From positions 66,931-130,930 of IMG/VR virus record IMGVR_UViG_3300014202_001521: 64,000 nucleotides of DNA. The stretch is one strand, 5' to 3'. This document shows, one piece after another, positions 59,838-64,000 of this stretch; position 1 is the stretch's first letter; every line of letters begins with the position of its first letter. The notes under the pieces were generated by a model. That model was not told the DNA's origin, did no database searches, and worked only from the letters and a program-made list of their open reading frames with translations. Made by a program: the position numbers and the translations under genes. The DNA is from a virus.

Positions 59838-61291
59838 TAGATTCTCTTGTCCATACCACTGTCCTTCATCTTCCCTAAGAGTTTGTCGAACTTGTCGCCA
59901 TAGTTCGTCAAAATCTCATTCCAAGAAAGACTGCTGGCCTTGTTAATTTGGTCAATACAATGATTGAAGATCGGCACAAGCTTTCTAAATTGTTTGAGCG
60001 TACCCGCATGGGTGCGTGCCGCAAGCATGTTAACCAATTCCAACGATCCTTTGGCTTCTTCCAGGGTCATAGTCGCTGGAATCCAATCCGCAAGTTCATC
60101 ATAAATCTTCATTCGCTGTGGAGTGGTATCCATTGGCTCAGTAAGCCAATTTGCTATGCGAGTTGACCACGGCGTTCCTGATACACGACCGCTATGCCAG
60201 GGCTTTTCAAAGCCGACTGGTGCCGCATTGGTGCCAAAGGATGCCGCCAACAGTTTATTAGAGTCTATTTCTTTCCTCAGTCTTCGGACTAGCACCTTGT
60301 CTGTGTTAGTCCTTAGAGCATCTTTAACTAGACGCTGAAACAAGGGTACGGTATCACAGTTTGCAACAATGAATTTATAAGCCGATTCATTAGTGGCCAT
60401 CATTGATGCTAATTTTTCTGTAGACACTGCCTGTAGAAAGAACATCATCCAAGCGTTCTCTTCTACATCGTCTGGAATATGACTACTGAGCAGCTTGTAC
60501 GCCGCCGCGTAGTTATTCTCAACCGCAAGATACTTCTTAGCGGCCTCTAGATCGGCACCCTTAAACAAATCCTTCAACCGTTCGTCAATAGGACCAGTCT
60601 TTAATAGACCACTTAGCTTAGAAGGACCAGAAGAATGCGGCAGTACGTCTTTGATATCACCAGACAAATTGTAGACTTTCAGCGCATATTCGAGACGGCG
60701 CGGACTTACTTCCATCTTTTGTTCGTCTGAGAGAGCTTCCCACCAACTGACCGCTGCTTTCGCCTGGCGCTGGTCAAATCTCTTAATGAAATAGTCCAAG
60801 CTAACGTCATATGGAACGCCGATTTGGATTTCAAAACGATCCTTTTGTGTTTTGTCTAATGCTTCAACCTGATAATCCCCCTCTTCTTCGGGATTAATTG
60901 AAGCCCAAATCATGCGGAGATTATTGAATGGCCTGCCATTCATGCTCTTGAATTGGAGCAATTCCATGACCGCGTTGCGCACCTTTTTGTGCGAGCGGTT
61001 AAATTCATCCATGTAGATCACTTCAACGTCGCCATCCCGCATATCGCGTGGCAGAACGTATTCGAGATATGGACCACGTTCATCGGTCACGACTTTAGGA
61101 ACACCGATGAAGTCACACCACGGGTCCATTGTGGCTGCGCTGAAGTATTTGAATTTTAGATTGTGTCTTTTGAAAGCGTCGATAATGCGAGTTGTTTTAC
61201 CTACGCCATAGTGCCCTACCAACATGACATTGAGATTGTTCTTAATCCAGAAATCAAGTTTTTCGTCTCGCAACTCTCGAATGACTTGCAT
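59813..61291 (-). CDS. MoxR-like AAA+ ATPase
   Basis: Likely start MQVIRE; GHYGVGKT, MDEFNR, ASINP, DRF, SPRR. Confidence 0.85.
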   Translation of the reverse strand: MQVIRELRDEKLDFWIKNNLNVMLVGHYGVGKTTRIIDAFKRHNLKFKYFSAATMDPWCDFIGVPKVVTDERGPYLEYVLPRDMRDGDVEVIYMDEFNRSHKKVRNAVMELLQFKSMNGRPFNNLRMIWASINPEEEGDYQVEALDKTQKDRFEIQIGVPYDVSLDYFIKRFDQRQAKAAVSWWEALSDEQKMEVSPRRLEYALKVYNLSGDIKDVLPHSSGPSKLSGLLKTGPIDERLKDLFKGADLEAAKKYLAVENNYAAAYKLLSSHIPDDVEENAWMMFFLQAVSTEKLASMMATNESAYKFIVANCDTVPLFQRLVKDALRTNTDKVLVRRLRKEIDSNKLLAASFGTNAAPVGFEKPWHSGRVSGTPWSTRIANWLTEPMDTTPQRMKIYDELADWIPATMTLEEAKGSLELVNMLAARTHAGTLKQFRKLVPIFNHCIDQINKASSLSWNEILTNYGDKFDKLLGKMKDSGMDKRIYCPLRKVN

Positions 61292-61418
61292 GTTCGCGCC
61301 CCATGTTTTTTGATGCTTCTCTCCTATTAGTATACTACGAATTAACGGAAAGTAAAAGAACCAAAGTAGGTGGATAAATGTCCACCTACTTTGGTTCTTA
61401 AAGACTATACAACCTCTT

Positions 61419-62648
61419 TTATTCGGTTGGTTCGTTTTCATCGCTGTGGATGAAGACTTTACCCTTGCACAGCGCATTCTCTGGCACGTTCCATCCTGGC
61501 AACCATTCGAAGATATCCTGCTCTTTCGCTGTGATTCGCTTGGCGTCACGCTTAGCCGCGTGTGCATGAATCGCGGCCAATGCCTTCTTATAGTAGATCA
61601 CAGGGGAGACATAGGCGGTACGCCGTCCCTGTTGCTTGGCGTTTTGCAGCCACAAATACAACGCCTTAGCGGGATCACCGTCACCGCAGAACTGAACCGT
61701 CCGCAACCGTTCTATGAACGGGCCGCAGACCTCTTCGCCCCACCACAAAAGGCTCTTGCCAACCACGGCTTGCAGGTCAGCACGATAAGCCTTCATATGA
61801 TCCAGGGTCCAGTTAATGACCCGCTTGTGCTTGAACATAAACGCGGCAACTTCGCTTTCGGTATAACGAATGCCACGATTGCTCAAACCCCACATCATAG
61901 AACGGCAGACCGCCGCCGTCTTTTGGGTCATCTTCAATTCGGGGAACAAGAAGCCCAGCTTCTCGTTAATACCACGCTTATCGCCCGAATCCGTGGCATA
62001 GATGCCTTCTGGCGGTACATTCCAGGTGCAATAGAACGGCCAGCCAGAACCCGCCTTAATGACGGCCACGGCACGGTGTTGCCCATCGTGCATGTTGCCG
62101 AGCTTATTAATGGCGATGGATTCGTGCGTCTGGAGCCAGCGGTGATTCTGAATATCCCGCTTTAGCCCCTCAACGTGGGTCATCTTGATCTTGCGGTTCA
62201 GCGGGTTGAAGTCTAGCAGCCGCTGCGCCATTTCAGGCGTGATATAGACGAACTCACTATACTGGTGGCCCAAACGCGGATACTGGAACCACGGCTTGAC
62301 GTTGCCTTCCTTTGCGGCACAATCCAGGTAGTAATCGTGATTCTCCATCGCACGACGCCATTCATCAGCGTCACAGGAGCTAGGACAGGCAGGCCAGTGT
62401 GCGGGATGGACCACAGGTGGCACAGAAGGTGCGATGGCCAAAGGCAGATTAGACGTGGGCATGACCGCGAGTGTCGGCGGTGCAGTACCATTACCCATCT
62501 TTTTCATCGTCAATCGGTTAATAAGATCACCGATGGTATTCTCAGTCATTTCTCCCGCCCCAGCATCCTGTTGCAACGCAACCTGTTCATCCTTGCGGCG
62601 CTGGGAATCAATCCTACGGTACTTCCGCTGCCGTGACTTCTTGGACAT
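61419..62648 (-). CDS. ParB/Srx-like N-terminal domain protein
   Basis: ITPEMA..LL..NP.NR, W..T.E.I, DGQHR. Confidence 0.7.
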   Translation of the reverse strand: MSKKSRQRKYRRIDSQRRKDEQVALQQDAGAGEMTENTIGDLINRLTMKKMGNGTAPPTLAVMPTSNLPLAIAPSVPPVVHPAHWPACPSSCDADEWRRAMENHDYYLDCAAKEGNVKPWFQYPRLGHQYSEFVYITPEMAQRLLDFNPLNRKIKMTHVEGLKRDIQNHRWLQTHESIAINKLGNMHDGQHRAVAVIKAGSGWPFYCTWNVPPEGIYATDSGDKRGINEKLGFLFPELKMTQKTAAVCRSMMWGLSNRGIRYTESEVAAFMFKHKRVINWTLDHMKAYRADLQAVVGKSLLWWGEEVCGPFIERLRTVQFCGDGDPAKALYLWLQNAKQQGRRTAYVSPVIYYKKALAAIHAHAAKRDAKRITAKEQDIFEWLPGWNVPENALCKGKVFIHSDENEPTE

Positions 62649-62767
62649 ATTTCCCCCAAAAAATAGGCTGATCGGTTTAGGTCTACGTTAACTTACTACC
62701 TTTTTCAGCAACCGCAAATGGAATTTTAGTTTCAGTCGAAAAGGAGGCAACCCACATAAGATACGAC

Positions 62768-62801
62768 AAAATCCGCCCTTGGTAAGTGCCAGGGCGGATT
62801 T
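62768..62801 (-). terminator. Intrinsic terminator
   Basis: AAATCCGCCCTGG-CACTTA-CC(A)AGGGCGGATTTT. Confidence 0.7.
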
Positions 62802-62827
62802 GACATAAGTTGTTTAAAACAAACGGT

Positions 62828-63283
62828 TTAGTTCACGTTGACTTGATTGATTCTGCTGGTTTTGTAGTAGGACAGTACGACCTTGTTGGTCAAAACTTCG
62901 CTACTTCCGTAATCATATTCGGTCAAATGTTCTTCGATTTTCAATCCGACGAAATTAATTATGGTGATTGGCGTACCTGCACCGTCAAAATGGGTTAGTG
63001 TGGCGGTAGATGCGTTCTTATTTTTGTCTACTAAAGCCTGAAGCCAATCAAAAACAGTGCCTTTGGCATCGTCCATGACTTCGAGAATGATTTTCTTGTT
63101 TACATAATCGGTTTTCATGGTCCTCATCCAATAATGAATTTCTGGATGGTTCTCATTGGTGAATGTCCAACGAAATGCTCTAGGTATAACTATTGTAGGG
63201 GAATGCGCTGGATGACCCTGCATATCCATTTTTGGTTTTTCACTTCTTTTCTCTCTAATCTTACACTTTACGTCCTGATCCAT
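62828..63283 (-). CDS. T4 gp19-like tail tube protein
   Basis: PRAFRW, W, L..FDGAG, YDYGSSEVLT..V.L.Y. Confidence 0.55.
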   Translation of the reverse strand: MDQDVKCKIREKRSEKPKMDMQGHPAHSPTIVIPRAFRWTFTNENHPEIHYWMRTMKTDYVNKKIILEVMDDAKGTVFDWLQALVDKNKNASTATLTHFDGAGTPITIINFVGLKIEEHLTEYDYGSSEVLTNKVVLSYYKTSRINQVNVN

Positions 63284-63291
63284 TAGTCTCC

Positions 63292-63957
63292 TTAAGAATA
63301 AATTTGCAATTGGTTTGTGTCTGATATATAAACGTTGCCGCCAAAATCTAGCTCAAACCATATATCATATAAACCGCAATCAAATAGATTTGTGTCAATC
63401 TTATAAAATCCCCTATTTTTCTCTCTATAAAAAGTAGGTTCCCTATCTACGATTAATCGTAAATCGCTTTCGCACGGTAAGCAATCACCACATCTTTGTG
63501 CAATATATACGAAAAGTTGTGCTGAGATAGCTAGATTTTCATAATATGCACAAAGGTCAGTTGCCCTTGGCACGTTAGGTATGATTTCTATTTCAATAGA
63601 CTTAATCTCGCCCATTCTCATTTTATTTGGCTGGAAATAGAAACTAAAATCATAAACTATAGGAATTGGTGTCGTATACCACAATTCAGGGTAAATTTGG
63701 AACAATTGTGCGTGATTAGCTGGCAGATCGCCTGGCTGGAATACAACTTCCCACTCATCAATATAACGTCCTGTTTTAGTATAAATTACAGGGTCTAAGT
63801 ATAAATCATAATAGTATTCACCTTGTTGTGGATTCAGTACACTGGCCCCTGGTATAGTCTGAACTAATACCATGCCTGATGGATTCACTACAGTCACTGC
63901 CGCTGGGTCCAAATAGTATATTCGAACCACGTTAATTGCTGCAACTTCTGCGGTCAT
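63292..63957 (-). CDS. Hypothetical, probably structural protein
   Basis: Beta-rich composition, upstream of tail-tube-like gene. Confidence 0.5.
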   Translation of the reverse strand: MTAEVAAINVVRIYYLDPAAVTVVNPSGMVLVQTIPGASVLNPQQGEYYYDLYLDPVIYTKTGRYIDEWEVVFQPGDLPANHAQLFQIYPELWYTTPIPIVYDFSFYFQPNKMRMGEIKSIEIEIIPNVPRATDLCAYYENLAISAQLFVYIAQRCGDCLPCESDLRLIVDREPTFYREKNRGFYKIDTNLFDCGLYDIWFELDFGGNVYISDTNQLQIYS

Positions 63958-64000
63958 ATTGGAGTTTAAGACAAAGAATTTAAGTCTTACCGTGTCTCCA

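Noticed and set aside
26584-62636. Long antisense or overlapping ORFs (e.g. 27151-28457 minus, 44346-44936 minus, 61446-62165 plus, 62265-62636 plus)
   Set aside because: Shadows of well-supported genes on the opposite strand, favoured by GC-rich or repetitive codons; no motifs
1-64000. CRISPR array, transposase, integrase or intein
   Set aside because: No regularly spaced direct repeats or recognisable motifs; NrdA, helicase and PyrG lengths leave no room for inteins
1-64000. Cellular (bacterial chromosome) origin suggested by pyrG, purN, aceA and rplL
   Set aside because: These genes are isolated from their operons among small unknown ORFs, T4-like gp46/47 and gp19, and phage-style tRNA arrays

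Overview
64-kb segment of a large lytic dsDNA phage genome (jumbo/huge myovirus type). It is densely packed with small ORFs and carries T4-like replication and recombination genes (SF2 helicase, gp46/gp47-type SbcC/SbcD, NrdA/NrdB, resolvase) plus a gp19-like tail tube gene. It also encodes many host-like enzymes (PyrG, PurN, AceA, CobB, NMNAT, FTR, AlkB-like) and translation genes (L7/L12, class-I release factor). L7/L12 and PurN look Planctomycetota-like to me (inference). Main results. (1) All 19 conventional tRNA genes are Leu, Ser or Tyr (the long-variable-arm class II isotypes), and four of the Leu tRNAs have lost the variable arm. The main array is preceded by an unannotated 27-codon leader ORF (42880-42963, minus). 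Its 14 consecutive Leu/Ser/Tyr codons sample every anticodon in the array, and it is followed by a strong intrinsic terminator and an rrn-type boxA. This looks like a ribosome-dependent attenuator that turns on backup tRNAs when host class II tRNAs fail. (2) The release-factor gene (12540-13336, minus) can be read in full only through two tandem prfB-type +1 frameshifts, CUU-UAG-C then CUU-UGA-C, which suggests an AND gate sensing low RF1 and low RF2. (3) About 13 proteins, several of them enzymes, start with a T4 internal-protein-like capsid-targeting sequence, and most sit behind a TATATA/TAAATA motif. (4) There is a 123-nt tRNA-like gene with an expanded anticodon arm, and several structured non-coding elements lie inside the tRNA array. 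All folding and family calls were made by eye; no searches were run.
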